Notes: generated by a model from the sequence alone, not told the origin. 64,000 nt of DNA from Myxococcales bacterium (GCA_047601445.1 JASGJH010000001.1:7808001-7872000); one strand, 5' to 3'; positions 41,495 to 51,874 are shown, counted from the stretch's first letter. Program-made: numbers and translations.

Positions 41495-42673
41495 TCAAAC
41501 CTGCGGCTGAGTAAGGAAGTGTCCTACACGCGCAAGAGCGCTCAAATCATGCACATCTTCGTCGAACGCTGGCACCTCGACGTAGAGCCCGCGGTTCCCG
41601 GTCAGTGCTTTCAAGCGCTCCACCTCGACGCGGCACGTGACGGCGCGCGTGCGCTCCTCGTCGAGTGCGCGCTCCAGTTTGGCGCCGAGTTGGGCTGGAT
41701 CGGGAGCGGCCGAGAGGGCGCTCACGAGCGCGCTCGCGATCTGGTTCTCCGGGCCGGGGGGCTCCGAGAGCAGGGGGATCACGCGGTTGATCACCGTGGC
41801 CTGCTGGCGCATGCCGTGCTCGCCGAGCTTCTCGGCGAAGAAGATGGCTTCCTTGACCGCGAGCGGCTCCGGGCTCGTGACGAGCACGAAGGCTACTTCG
41901 GGGCTGCGCAGGGCCTCCGAGACCGCCTTGGCGCGCGTGGTGAAGCCGCCGAAGAGATCATTGATGTCGCTCACGAACTGGGCCACCGAATCGAGGAACT
42001 CGCCACCCGTGATCTTGGCCAGGCCCTTGAGCACCATCTGCGCTCCGCGACCCACCAAGCTGAAGCCGAGCTTGCCCGCGCCGCTGAAGGCCTGGATGAA
42101 CCAGCGCATGGCGGGCGAGTCGATGGCTTCGATGAGCTTCTCGGGAGCGTCGAGGAAGTCGAGAGCGTTGGTGGTGGGAGGCGTGTCGAGCACGATCAGG
42201 TCGTACTGGTCGCGCTGCCGCACCGCGTGCAACTTCTCCATCGCCATGTACTCCTGGGTGCCGGCCAGCGAGGTGGAGATGTACTGGTAGAGCTGGTTGT
42301 CGAGGATGCGCTGGGCGCGCTCGGGGCTCGAGGCGTAGCGCGTGACGAGCTCGTCGAAGGTGCGCTTGGTGTCGAGCATCATGGCGCTCAACGAACCCGT
42401 ACCGTTGAAGGGCAAGCCAGCGCGCTCGAAGAGCTCGCGCGAGACCAGTTGCTCTTCGGTGGTCATCGAGGTGAGGCCCATGCTGTTCGCCAGGCGTTTG
42501 GCTGGGTCGATGGTGAGGCACAACACGCGACGACCCTGGCGCGCGGCGTACAACGCGAGCGCCGCCGACGTGGTGGTCTTGCCGACGCCTCCGCTGCCGA
42601 CGCAGACCACGACGCGATGCTTGGAGACGACCTCGGAAAGCCCCATGAACTCGCGCAGACTAGCAGAACTCAT
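41495..42673 (-). CDS. ArsA/Get3-family ATPase
   Basis: GSGGVGKTT, TIDPAKRLA, GTQEYMAMEKL, LDTPP; ATGA overlap with hemC. Confidence 0.9.
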   Translation of the reverse strand: MSSASLREFMGLSEVVSKHRVVVCVGSGGVGKTTTSAALALYAARQGRRVLCLTIDPAKRLANSMGLTSMTTEEQLVSRELFERAGLPFNGTGSLSAMMLDTKRTFDELVTRYASSPERAQRILDNQLYQYISTSLAGTQEYMAMEKLHAVRQRDQYDLIVLDTPPTTNALDFLDAPEKLIEAIDSPAMRWFIQAFSGAGKLGFSLVGRGAQMVLKGLAKITGGEFLDSVAQFVSDINDLFGGFTTRAKAVSEALRSPEVAFVLVTSPEPLAVKEAIFFAEKLGEHGMRQQATVINRVIPLLSEPPGPENQIASALVSALSAAPDPAQLGAKLERALDEERTRAVTCRVEVERLKALTGNRGLYVEVPAFDEDVHDLSALARVGHFLTQPQV

Positions 42674-43647
42674 CGCTTCCAGGCTTGCCCTTCGGCCACG
42701 CCGCGGGCTTTTTCGATGAGCTCGCCGCCACCGCGTTCCAGAATCTGTTCGGCTAGTTCGAGGCCGATTGCGTGGGCCAATTTGAGCTTGCCGAGGGGGG
42801 TGGTGTCTTCGATGCGTTGATCGCTGCCCGCGCTGATGATGTTCAGTCCGTCCGGGCTTCCGACCAGGGCATCCATGCGCAGGCGCGTGCCGTTGTGAGA
42901 GAGATGGGCGTGGCCAGCGATGGGCAACTGACAGCCACCCTGCAGACGGCCGAGGAACGTGCGCTCCGCTTCCACGGCCACGCGGGTGTCCCAGTGTTCG
43001 AGCGGGCTCAGTAGCGCGCGCGTGCGATCGTCGTTGGCCCGGGCTTCCAGGCCTAGAGCGCCCTGACCCACCGCGGGAACGCACTCTTCGACGGTGAGCA
43101 CGCGGTGATGGTGGTGGGTCAGCCCCAGGCGTCGCAACCCCGCCAGGGCCAGCACGATGGCCCGGTACTGACCTTCGGTGAGCTTGCGCAGCCTGGTATC
43201 CACGTTGCCGCGCACCGACTCGCAGATGATGTCGTTGCGGCGCATGCGCAGCTGGGCCTGGCGACGCAGGGAGCTCGTGCCGATCTTCGAGAAGGCCTCG
43301 AGGTCGTCGAGGGCTGCGCCGTCCTTGGTCACGAGCACGTCGCGGGCGTCCTCGCGCATGGGCACGCAGACGATCTCGAGTCCCGGCGCCAGCTCGGCCG
43401 GTACGTCTTTCATGGAATGGACCGCGAAGTCGGCGTTTCCATCCGCGAGCGCTTGCTCGATCTCGGTGACGAACAGGCCCTTGCCGCCGACTTCGGAAAG
43501 CGGGCGATCCTGGATGCGGTCGCCGAGCGTGACCACGTGCAGCTCTTCGATTTCGAGCCCGGGATGATGGCGCTTGAGCTCGGACGCGATCCAGCGCGTC
43601 TGGGCCAGAGCCAGGGGACTCTTGCGGGTTGCGATGCGCAATTTCAC
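42670..43647 (-). CDS. hemC: Hydroxymethylbilane synthase
   Basis: IATRKSPLALAQ, GGKGLFV, VHSMKDVP, GTSSLRR, RGNVDTRL, GGCQLP. Confidence 0.97.
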   Translation of the reverse strand: MKLRIATRKSPLALAQTRWIASELKRHHPGLEIEELHVVTLGDRIQDRPLSEVGGKGLFVTEIEQALADGNADFAVHSMKDVPAELAPGLEIVCVPMREDARDVLVTKDGAALDDLEAFSKIGTSSLRRQAQLRMRRNDIICESVRGNVDTRLRKLTEGQYRAIVLALAGLRRLGLTHHHHRVLTVEECVPAVGQGALGLEARANDDRTRALLSPLEHWDTRVAVEAERTFLGRLQGGCQLPIAGHAHLSHNGTRLRMDALVGSPDGLNIISAGSDQRIEDTTPLGKLKLAHAIGLELAEQILERGGGELIEKARGVAEGQAWKR

Positions 43648-45005
43648 GAGCGTTCTCCGCTGGGATTGCTGGTGCGTACGAGCACGTTGCCGGGCACGGG
43701 GTCGGGCTCGGCTTCGGGCTCGCTGTTCGGAGCTTGGCGCGCTTCCTCGAGCTCGAACAGGCGGCGCACGCTCTCCACGAGCTGGCTACCGTCGGGCTCG
43801 CTGCTGGTGCGCTTGAGCTCGGTGATGGGGCGATGGAGCAGCTTGTTGACCATCGCGTCGCACATGATCTCGAGGGACTTGCGTTCGGCGTCGCCCAGCC
43901 CCTTGAGGCGGGGCAGGGTGCGCTCGAGTTCGCCGTGGATCACCGTGCGCACGCGCTCACGCAGGGCCACCAGAGTGGGCGTGAGATCGAGGGCTCGTTG
44001 CCACTCCTCGAAGGCCTGGACCTCGGTCTCGACGATGCGCTCGGCTTGTTCGGCTTCGCGCTTGCGCGCAGCGATGTTTTGGCTGGCCACCTGCTCGAGA
44101 TCGTCGATATCGAACAGGAACACGTTATCGAGATTTTCGACGCGCGGGTCCACGTCGCGCGGGACCGCGATGTCGATCAAGAAGAGCGGGCGGTGGCGGC
44201 GAGCGCGAATCACGCCCTGCATCAGCTCCCGGGTGATCACGTAGCGGGGACTCGCGGTCGACGTAATGACCACGTCGGCGGCCACGAGCTCCTGTGCGAG
44301 CTGGTCGAACTCGCGTGCCTCTCCACCGCAGGCCTCGGCCACGGCGCGCGCGCGCTCCTGATTGCGGTTCACCACCGTGAGCAGCGTTCCGTTCTGGGCC
44401 AGCGCCTTGGCCGCGCCCTCACTCATCTCGCCGGCGCCCACCAGTACCACGCGCCGGCCAGTGAGCTCGCCGAAGATCGAGCGCGCCAGGTCGCAGGCGA
44501 TGGAGCTCACGCTCACCGCACCAGCGGCGATGCCGGTCTCGTTGCGCACGCGCTTGGCCACCGCGAACGCGCGGTTCATGCAGCGCCCGAGCAGGGACCC
44601 CACGGTGCCAGCCTCGCTGGCCAGGGCGAAAGCTTCCTTCACCTGGCCCAAGATCTGCGGCTCGCCGACCACCAAGGAGTCGAGACTCGAGGCGACCCGG
44701 AATGCGTGGCGCGCCACCGCGTCGCCGGTGTGTTCGTAGAGATGGCTCTCGAGCTCCTGCTCCTGAGCGATCTCCGCGAAAATGCGCCGGACGCCGCGCA
44801 GGGTTTCCTGAGGGTCTTCTGCGCTGCCGTACATCTCCACGCGATTGCAGGTGGACACCAGCATGGCTTCCTGCAGACCCGTGCGGGCAACCAGGTCGCG
44901 CAGTCGCTCGGGGACCTGATCGCTCGAGAAAGCCAGCCGCTCGCGCACCGAGAGCGGCGCGGTGTGGTGAGAGAGGCCGACCAGGATGAGCCGACGCGGC
45001 GCCAC
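43644..45005 (-). CDS. hemA: Glutamyl-tRNA reductase
   Basis: VGLSHHTAPLSVRE, STCNRVE, LDSLVVGEPQILGQVK, GAGEM, DIAVPRD; GTG overlaps the upstream TAG. Confidence 0.96.
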   Translation of the reverse strand: MAPRRLILVGLSHHTAPLSVRERLAFSSDQVPERLRDLVARTGLQEAMLVSTCNRVEMYGSAEDPQETLRGVRRIFAEIAQEQELESHLYEHTGDAVARHAFRVASSLDSLVVGEPQILGQVKEAFALASEAGTVGSLLGRCMNRAFAVAKRVRNETGIAAGAVSVSSIACDLARSIFGELTGRRVVLVGAGEMSEGAAKALAQNGTLLTVVNRNQERARAVAEACGGEAREFDQLAQELVAADVVITSTASPRYVITRELMQGVIRARRHRPLFLIDIAVPRDVDPRVENLDNVFLFDIDDLEQVASQNIAARKREAEQAERIVETEVQAFEEWQRALDLTPTLVALRERVRTVIHGELERTLPRLKGLGDAERKSLEIMCDAMVNKLLHRPITELKRTSSEPDGSQLVESVRRLFELEEARQAPNSEPEAEPDPVPGNVLVRTSNPSGERS

Positions 45006-45805
45006 TAGAACGCTCCCGTCTTGGCGCGCAGGGCGTAGCCGATGACGACGGCCAGCGCGCAGGCAAAGCCGAGCAGGGTGCCGATGGCTGCGCGTCGACC
45101 TTGCCAGCCTGCGGCCACGCGCAGCAAGAGGACGCCACCGAACACGCACCAAGCGACGAGTCCGAGCGCCTGATTGGGGGAAATGCGGGTAGGCAGCTGG
45201 GCGGCCCAGATGGCACCGGAGACCGAGCCCAGTGTGAACAGCGGAAACCCGACCAAGAGCAGCTTGAGGCCGAGCGAGTCGAGCACGTCGAGCGGTGGCA
45301 GGCGATGGAACAGCCCACCCAGCTGGCGCCTGCGCAGCAGCCGCTCCTGAATCAGGTAGGCGGCCGCCACCGCGAATGCCAGCGTGAACGCCGCGACTCC
45401 GAGCACGTTGACGATCACGTGGGCCGGCAAAAGCGCCGAGCGGACGTCCTCGGGCACGTTGGGGACGCTGTGCCCGAGCCCAGCGGCCAAGAACATCAGG
45501 AGCGCCACCGGCGTGACGAAGGCGCCCAACACGGAGAGTCTCCCAACCCGCTGAGCGAGCAGGAGCCCGACGACGATGGCCAGCGACGCGAGCGTGAACA
45601 TCTGCCTGACGTCTTCGAACTGAGGAACGCCACGCGTATCCCCCAACATGAAGCCGACCTGGCAAGCGGCGCCCACAAGCAAGAGCCGCGACGCCCACGT
45701 GGAAGCGGCTTCGCTGCCGTTTCCGATGAACAGGAAGTAGCCGAGCGACGCCAGCGAGTAGGCGCAGCTCGTGGCCACGAACAGCAGCGACAAGGAGCTA
45801 CTCAT
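45005..45805 (-). CDS. ccsA: Cytochrome c assembly protein (CcsA/HemX-like)
   Basis: About 8 TM segments, AH..., YLIQER, LPPLDVLD, GAIWA, GWQGRRAA; sits between sirC and hemA. Confidence 0.8.
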   Translation of the reverse strand: MSSSLSLLFVATSCAYSLASLGYFLFIGNGSEAASTWASRLLLVGAACQVGFMLGDTRGVPQFEDVRQMFTLASLAIVVGLLLAQRVGRLSVLGAFVTPVALLMFLAAGLGHSVPNVPEDVRSALLPAHVIVNVLGVAAFTLAFAVAAAYLIQERLLRRRQLGGLFHRLPPLDVLDSLGLKLLLVGFPLFTLGSVSGAIWAAQLPTRISPNQALGLVAWCVFGGVLLLRVAAGWQGRRAAIGTLLGFACALAVVIGYALRAKTGAF

Positions 45806-46463
45806 GGGGAGGCTCCGACGTTGGATGAGTGCTCGAGTCGGAGAGCGCTATTTCGCGCAGGCTCGCGATTTCCGCCGCGTCGCCGCGCGCACAGGCTTCG
45901 AACAGCGGCCCTTCGGAGAGGCGCCGCAGGCGCGCGCTCGACTCCGGGTGTCCACGCAGGGCGCGCCGCACGCTGGCGAGCTCCTTGGCGAAGCGATCGG
46001 GCCCCAACGAGACCCAGCGCGCGAGCTCCTTGCCCAGGCGTCGGCTGGCGCTCGGGGCAGCGCCCGCGGTGGATACGGTGGCCTCGACGCACTCGCCTCG
46101 CGCGACGGCGGGCACCGTGAAATCCGAATCTTCCGGGGCATCCACACGCGACACGAGGACACCCAGCGCGCGCGAGGCCTGGGCAAGGTTCGCGTTGGTC
46201 GCCGGGTCGTCGGTGGCGGCGATGACGAGGAACTTGTCCCGTGCGTCGGCGTCCTGGACCCCGCGCAGCGTGAGCTCGAGCTTCCCCTCGCGTGCCAGTC
46301 GGCTCACGATGCCCGAAGCTTCATGCGCCACCACCTGGACGCGAGCACCGCTCTCCACCAGGCGCTCGATCTTGCGCGTCGCGACCCGCCCCGCACCGGC
46401 CACCAACACCGGCCGACCGGTGAGCCGCACATGCATGGCGTAAGAGGGGTGCGATGCGGTCAT
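45798..46463 (-). CDS. sirC: Precorrin-2 dehydrogenase / sirohydrochlorin ferrochelatase (CysG N-terminal-like)
   Basis: VLVAGAGRVATRK, IAATDD, DFTVPA, VSTAGAAP. Confidence 0.85.
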   Translation of the reverse strand: MTASHPSYAMHVRLTGRPVLVAGAGRVATRKIERLVESGARVQVVAHEASGIVSRLAREGKLELTLRGVQDADARDKFLVIAATDDPATNANLAQASRALGVLVSRVDAPEDSDFTVPAVARGECVEATVSTAGAAPSASRRLGKELARWVSLGPDRFAKELASVRRALRGHPESSARLRRLSEGPLFEACARGDAAEIASLREIALSDSSTHPTSEPPHE

Positions 46464-46807
46464 GACTTGGGGAAGAGCTTGAGCACGCGGTCGTGGGTGA
46501 GCTTTTCGACCCCGTCGGCGGGCTGCGCCAGGAAGCCGTCGATGACCTCGTAGGCGTTGTCCCCGAGCACCACGGAAGCCGTTACGTGCTCGCCGCCGAG
46601 ATCGCTGACCTGGACCAACGTCTTCACCTTGCCGACCAGCTCCTGGGCGTCGCCGCCGCCCGCCACCTCGGCGATGAAACGCACCGCGCTGGCAAGTTGG
46701 AAGGGCACCTCTTCGAGCACCAAGGTCTCGCCGTTCAGTTGAGCGCGCCCTTCGGCGACCCAGCTTTCGAGGGCTTCTTGCGGCACGAACACGCGCGCCA
46801 GGGACAT
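46460..46807 (-). CDS. Hypothetical protein, first gene of the hem operon
   Basis: GAGGAG SD, ATGA coupling to sirC, normal protein-like composition. Confidence 0.75.
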   Translation of the reverse strand: MSLARVFVPQEALESWVAEGRAQLNGETLVLEEVPFQLASAVRFIAEVAGGGDAQELVGKVKTLVQVSDLGGEHVTASVVLGDNAYEVIDGFLAQPADGVEKLTHDRVLKLFPKS

Positions 46808-47068
46808 GCGCGACTCCTCGCGAGGGTAGGTCAGGACACCAAAGTCGGGCCGTAGCCCGCGGCCACGCCCGTGGCGCGAAGCGTACCACGCCCGGCAGCG
46901 CGGAGGTAGCCTGGGGTCTCCCCCTGTGGGGCGTAACGCCCGGGGATTGGCGGTCGAACTGACCGCACCAGGCTCATTCGCGGCGAGCCTCGATCGAGAC
47001 ATCGACAGGGGCGCACACATTGACATGGCCCCATGCCGTCTCTACGTTGCCCCTTCAGGAGAAGCAGC

Positions 47069-47398
47069 ATGGCTGGCAAAAACGTACAAGAGTTCAACGA
47101 ACTGAACTTCGACGCCGAGGTCCTCAAGTCGGACGTGCCCGTGCTCGTCGACTTCGCCGCGACCTGGTGTGGCCCGTGCAAGGCCATCGCGCCCTTGGTC
47201 GGTCAGCTGGCTGACGAGTACACCGGCAAGGTCAAGGTCGGAACTATCGACATTGACGACAGCCCGGGCATCGCCCAGCGCTACGGCATCCGCGGCGTTC
47301 CTACGCTCTACGTGTTCAAGGGCGGCGAAGTGGTCGGCAAGCTCGTGGGCGCTGCGCCCAAGCAGAACATCGCTGCGCTCGTGCAGCGGGCGCTCTGA
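47069..47398 (+). CDS. trxA: Thioredoxin
   Basis: WCGPCK active site; AGGAG SD. Confidence 0.97.
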   Translation: MAGKNVQEFNELNFDAEVLKSDVPVLVDFAATWCGPCKAIAPLVGQLADEYTGKVKVGTIDIDDSPGIAQRYGIRGVPTLYVFKGGEVVGKLVGAAPKQNIAALVQRAL

Positions 47399-47444
47399 GC
47401 GAAGCACTCGGCCCCGATTCCAGGGGGCTCGGCACCACGAACAC

Positions 47445-47509
47445 GCGCCGTAGTTGGGCGCCGGTTTGCGCCGTAGTTCGGCGCCAGCACCTCGCGCCGT
47501 AGTCTGCGC
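47445..47509. repeat. Three short GCGCCGTAGT repeats between convergent trxA and dut
   Basis: Copies at 47445, 47468 and 47494, each followed by a (G)GCGC arm. Confidence 0.7.
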
Positions 47510-47965
47510 TTAGCGGCCGGTGCTGCCGAAGCCACCACCGCCGCGCACTGTCTCACCCAGCTCCGCGAGATCCACGCAGGTCTCGAGGTCGACTTGGACG
47601 ACGGGCGCCACGACCAGTTGAGCGATGCGCTCGCCGTGGGCAATGGTGAACGGCGTGTTGCTCAGGTTGACCAGCAGCACGGCGAGCTCCCCTCGGTAGT
47701 CTTCGTCGATGGTGCCGGGCGCGTTCAGCACGGTGATGCCGTGCTTGGCCGCGAGTCCCGAGCGCGGTCGCACCTGGCCTTCGTGGCCCTTGGGTAGCGC
47801 CAGAATCAGGCCCGTCGGAATGCGGGCACGCCCCAGCGGCTCGATGACCACCGGGGCGTCCAGGTCTGCGCTCAGGTCGAGTCCCGCGGCTCCGTGCGTG
47901 GCGTAGCGCGGGACAACCGCACTGGGGCGCACACGAAAAATACGGAGCGTGGGACCGTCAGCCAT
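47510..47965 (-). CDS. dut: dUTP diphosphatase
   Basis: [39 protein letters not shown]. Confidence 0.97.
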   Translation of the reverse strand: MADGPTLRIFRVRPSAVVPRYATHGAAGLDLSADLDAPVVIEPLGRARIPTGLILALPKGHEGQVRPRSGLAAKHGITVLNAPGTIDEDYRGELAVLLVNLSNTPFTIAHGERIAQLVVAPVVQVDLETCVDLAELGETVRGGGGFGSTGR

Positions 47966-50900
47966 CAGCGACGTTCGCGCTCGCGGTCAGCCTCGCGGAC
48001 GCGCTCGCGGTTGCGGGCGCGGGCGCGGATGCGTGAGGGACGCTCACGCTCGGTGCGGTCGTCGCGGTCGGAGGTCGAGGCCGAACCCTCGCGCTCTTCG
48101 AAGCGCTCGTCGCGCTCGTCTTCGAAGCGCTCCGGACGGCGTGGAGCGGGGCGCTCGGGCAGATCCGAGGAGCGTGCGCGGCTGGGGCGCTCTTCGTCGC
48201 CACGGCCACGGGCAGGGCGCGCTTCGAAGCGGTCGTCGTCGCGACCCGCTCGGGCCGGACCACGCGCGGGGCGCTCTTCGGCGTCGAGGTCACGCGAGCG
48301 AGGACGCTCGTCGCGGCCACGGCTCGGGAGCTCTTCGTCACGGCCACGCGGGCTCACGGGCTTGCGAGCGGCGCTGCGGTCGTCGAGGTCGCGACCGCGT
48401 GCGGGCTCGTCGCGATCGAACTCACGCCCACGGGCGCGGGGTTCGCGTTCGCTCTCACGCGTGGCGGGCTTGCCGAAGGAGGGACGCTCGTCCTCGCGCG
48501 AACGCGCAGCGGGACGCTCGAGGTCGAGGTCGCGCGAGCGAGCGGGGCGCTCATCGCGATCGAGGTCACGCGGCCGTTCCCGGCTGCGCTCCTCGTCGCG
48601 AGGACGCGCGGGGCGGTCGAGATCGCGGCCGCGACTCGGACGCTCATCGAGCTCCTCACGGGCCTTGACTGGCGTCCGCTCACGGCGGCTCGAATCACGC
48701 TCGAGGTCGCGCGGCTTTTCGTCGCGGCGCTCGAAGCGCTCCTCGCTGCGGGCCGAGCGTTCGCGGCGCGGCTCTTCCTCGCGGCGAGCGGGCTTCTCGC
48801 GCTCGAATTCCCGGCTCTTGGCAGGGCGCTCTTCGCGCTCCTCGCGAGCCTTGAGGCTGGGACGTTCCTCGCGCTCGAAGTCGCGCGGCTTGCGCTCCTC
48901 GCGCTCCTCGCGTGCCTTGAACGCCGGGCGCTCTTCGCGGGCCTTGAAGCTCGGACGCTCTTCGCGCTCTTCACGTGCCTTGAAGCTCGGACGCTCTTCG
49001 CGCTCTTCACGTGCCTTGAAGCTCGGACGCTCTTCGCGCTCCTCACGGGCCTTGAAGCTGGGGCGCTCTTCGCGCTCCTCGCGCGCCTTGAACGCCGGAC
49101 GCTCTTCGCGCTCCTCACGGGCCTTGAAGCTGGGGCGCTCTTCGCGCTCCTCGCGCGCCTTGAACGCCGGACGCTCCTCGCGCTCCTCACGCGGCTTGCG
49201 CTCCTCGCGCTCTTCGCGCGCCTTGAACGCCGGACGATCCTCGCGTGCCTTGAAAGCGGGGCGCTCCTCGCGCTCCTCGCGCGGCTTGAATGCCGGGCGC
49301 TCTTCACGGCCACGTCCGCGTCCTTCGCCGCGCTCGAAGCCACGACGCTCGCCGCGACCTTCCTCGCGCGCTTCGCCACGGCCGTTCAGCTTGCTCGCTG
49401 CTGCCTGGTCGGCGGCCCCGGGCAAGGCGTCCTTGCGCGAGAGCCGGATGCGTCCTTCGCGGTCGATGTTGGTCACCTTCACGGTCACCTTGTCGCCGAG
49501 GTTCACGAAGTCCTCCACGCTGTTCACGTGGTTCCAGTCCATGTCGCTGATGTGGCAGAGCCCATCCTTGCCAGGCAGGATCTCGATGAACGCGCCGTAA
49601 GGCTCGATGCGCTTCACGGTGCCCTCGTAGACCTCGCCGATTTCGGGCTCGGTGGTGAGGCTCTTGATGATCTCGAGCGCCTTCGCCACGGCCGCGCTGT
49701 CGGCCGAGGCCACGCTCACCGTGCCGTCGTCCGCCACGTCGATGCTGGCGCCGGTCTGGTCGACGATGGCGCGGATCATCTTGCCGCCAGGGCCGATGAT
49801 GGTGCGCACCTGGTCGGGCTTCACGCGGATCTGCGTGATGCGCGGCGCGTACTGCGAGAGCTCCTCGCGTGGCGCTCCGATGGCGCGGTTCATCTTGTCC
49901 AGGATGTGCAGGCGAGCCTCACGCGCCTGGTGCAAGGCGCGCTCCAAGATCTCACGGCTCAAGCCCTCGATCTTGATGTCCATCTGGATCGCGGTCACGC
50001 CCTTCTCGGTGCCACACACCTTGAAGTCCATATCGCCGAGCGCGTCCTCGTCACCGAGGATGTCGGTCAACACCGCGTAGCGCTCGCCTTCCTTGATCAA
50101 GCCCATCGCCACGCCGGCCACGGGGGCCTTGATCGGCACGCCCGCGTCCATCAGCGCCAGGGCTCCGCCGCACACGGAGGCCATCGACGAGGAGCCGTTG
50201 GACTCCGTGATCTCCGACACGATGCGCAGGGCGTAGGGGAACTCTTCCGGCGTCGGCAGCACCTTGGCCAGCGCGCGCTCCGCCAGGTTGCCGTGGCCCA
50301 CCTCGCGACGACCGGGGCCGCGCATGGGCTTCACTTCGCCGACCGAGTAGGGCGGGAAGTTGTAGTGCAGCATGAAGTGCTTGTGCTGATCGCCCTGCAG
50401 CGTGTCGAGACGCTGGGCATCGCGGGTGGTGCCCAACGTGGTGGTCACGATGGCCTGGGTCTCACCGCGCGTGAACAGCGAGGAGCCGTGGGTGCGCGGG
50501 AGCACGCCGAGCTCGATGCTGATGGGACGCACCGTGCGGGTGTCGCGACCATCTAGGCGACGGCCTTCGTCGAGCACCTGAGCGCGCATGGTGTTGTAGC
50601 GGAGCTCTTCGAAGGCGTCCTTGAGGGACTGCTCTTCGTTCGGGAACTCGTAAGCCAGCTGGCTCACGGTCTCCTTCTTGATCGCCTTGATGCGATCGGC
50701 GCGCGCGTGCTTGTCAGCGATGTTGCACGCTTCACGCACGTTCCAGAGCGCGGTCTGGCTCACGCGGTCCTTGAGGAACTGCTGCGGGCCCGAGGCGCTG
50801 AAGCTCCACTTCTGCTTGCCTACCGCCTGCTTCATGCGCTCGATGAGCTCGAGCGTGTCCTGCACCGACCGGTGCGCGAACAGGAGGGCCTCGATCATGT

Positions 50901-51492
50901 CCGTCTCGGACATCTCGTCGGCTTCACCCTCCACCATCACAATCGCGTCGCGCGACGCCGCCACCAGGAGCTCGCAGTCGCTCTTCTCCATCTGCTGGAA
51001 GGTGGGGTTCGCGATGAACTCACCGTTCACGCGGCCGACGCGCACGCCGGCGATGGGGCCGCTCCACGGAATCGGGCTGATGTGCAGCGCGGCCGAGGCG
51101 CCGATCATGGCCAGCGTGTCAGGCGGGTTCTCCTGATCGAACGACATCACGGTCGCCACGACCTGGACCTCGCTCAGGTAGCCTTCGGGGAAGAGCGGGC
51201 GGCAGGGGCGATCGATGAGGCGCGAGATCAGCACCTCGTAGTCGCGCAGCTTGCCTTCGCGCTTGAAGAAGCCGCCGGGGATCTTGCCGGCCGCGTAGGT
51301 CTTCTCCTGGTAGTCGACGCTCAGCGGGAAGAAGCTCTGGCCGGGCTTGGGCTCCTGCGTGCCGCACACCGTGACGAGCACGATGGTGTCACCCGCGCGC
51401 ACCAAAACCGAGCCACCTGCTTGCTTGGCGATGCGACCCGTCTCCAGAGTCACGACCTGGTCGCCGATCCGTACCTTCTCTCTAATGATCAT
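47965..51492 (-). CDS. pnp: Polyribonucleotide nucleotidyltransferase with ~480-aa charged C-terminal extension
   Basis: [44 protein letters not shown] and S1 domains to ~aa 690, then an in-frame R/E/D-rich tail whose stop overlaps the dut ATG. Confidence 0.96.
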   Translation of the reverse strand: MIIREKVRIGDQVVTLETGRIAKQAGGSVLVRAGDTIVLVTVCGTQEPKPGQSFFPLSVDYQEKTYAAGKIPGGFFKREGKLRDYEVLISRLIDRPCRPLFPEGYLSEVQVVATVMSFDQENPPDTLAMIGASAALHISPIPWSGPIAGVRVGRVNGEFIANPTFQQMEKSDCELLVAASRDAIVMVEGEADEMSETDMIEALLFAHRSVQDTLELIERMKQAVGKQKWSFSASGPQQFLKDRVSQTALWNVREACNIADKHARADRIKAIKKETVSQLAYEFPNEEQSLKDAFEELRYNTMRAQVLDEGRRLDGRDTRTVRPISIELGVLPRTHGSSLFTRGETQAIVTTTLGTTRDAQRLDTLQGDQHKHFMLHYNFPPYSVGEVKPMRGPGRREVGHGNLAERALAKVLPTPEEFPYALRIVSEITESNGSSSMASVCGGALALMDAGVPIKAPVAGVAMGLIKEGERYAVLTDILGDEDALGDMDFKVCGTEKGVTAIQMDIKIEGLSREILERALHQAREARLHILDKMNRAIGAPREELSQYAPRITQIRVKPDQVRTIIGPGGKMIRAIVDQTGASIDVADDGTVSVASADSAAVAKALEIIKSLTTEPEIGEVYEGTVKRIEPYGAFIEILPGKDGLCHISDMDWNHVNSVEDFVNLGDKVTVKVTNIDREGRIRLSRKDALPGAADQAAASKLNGRGEAREEGRGERRGFERGEGRGRGREERPAFKPREEREERPAFKAREDRPAFKAREEREERKPREEREERPAFKAREEREERPSFKAREEREERPAFKAREEREERPSFKAREEREERPSFKAREEREERPSFKAREEREERPSFKAREERPAFKAREEREERKPRDFEREERPSLKAREEREERPAKSREFEREKPARREEEPRRERSARSEERFERRDEKPRDLERDSSRRERTPVKAREELDERPSRGRDLDRPARPRDEERSRERPRDLDRDERPARSRDLDLERPAARSREDERPSFGKPATRESEREPRARGREFDRDEPARGRDLDDRSAARKPVSPRGRDEELPSRGRDERPRSRDLDAEERPARGPARAGRDDDRFEARPARGRGDEERPSRARSSDLPERPAPRRPERFEDERDERFEEREGSASTSDRDDRTERERPSRIRARARNRERVREADRERERR
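48820..49305 (-). repeat. Coding tandem repeat (~36 nt, RP[S/A]FKAREEREE) inside pnp
   Basis: 12 RP[AS][FL]K units counted in the translation, with synonymous variation between units. Confidence 0.92.
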
Positions 51493-51874
51493 TCAGCGCT
51501 CCTCGGGCCCGCGTTCGGGCCGGGACAAAACACGGAGCGCTGGGGGCTGCGGGCTCGGTCTTCCTTCGGAGTGCTCGAACTCGGTGGTCGAGTGCTCGGA
51601 GCGAAGATCGAAGAGCCGCGGGCCATTCCTTGTGGGAACTCAGCGACCGTGGTGTACGCGCCACTCCGATTTTGAAGGGGCGCTCACGTGAGCACGCTGC
51701 CCGTCGGGCAATGCGCTCTGGCAGCCACCTGGCCTCAGCTGGCCGCCTGTTGGCGAGCGGGTGCAGCCCTAAACTGCGTTGACCCGCCCAAGGGACGCCC
51801 GTCTGGACAGTCCCGGGTCCGTCCCCCCTGGGAACCGACCCTGTTCGGTGCCGGACACCATGTCCGACCCCGTA

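Noticed and set aside
48820..49305. ~36-nt repeats as a CRISPR array
   Set aside because: Units are contiguous with no unique spacers, vary at synonymous positions, lie in frame within pnp, and no cas genes are present
47894..49600. 568-aa Ser/Arg-rich plus-strand ORF resembling an SR protein
   Set aside because: Antisense shadow of the GAG/CGC-rich pnp tail; no SD or independent evidence
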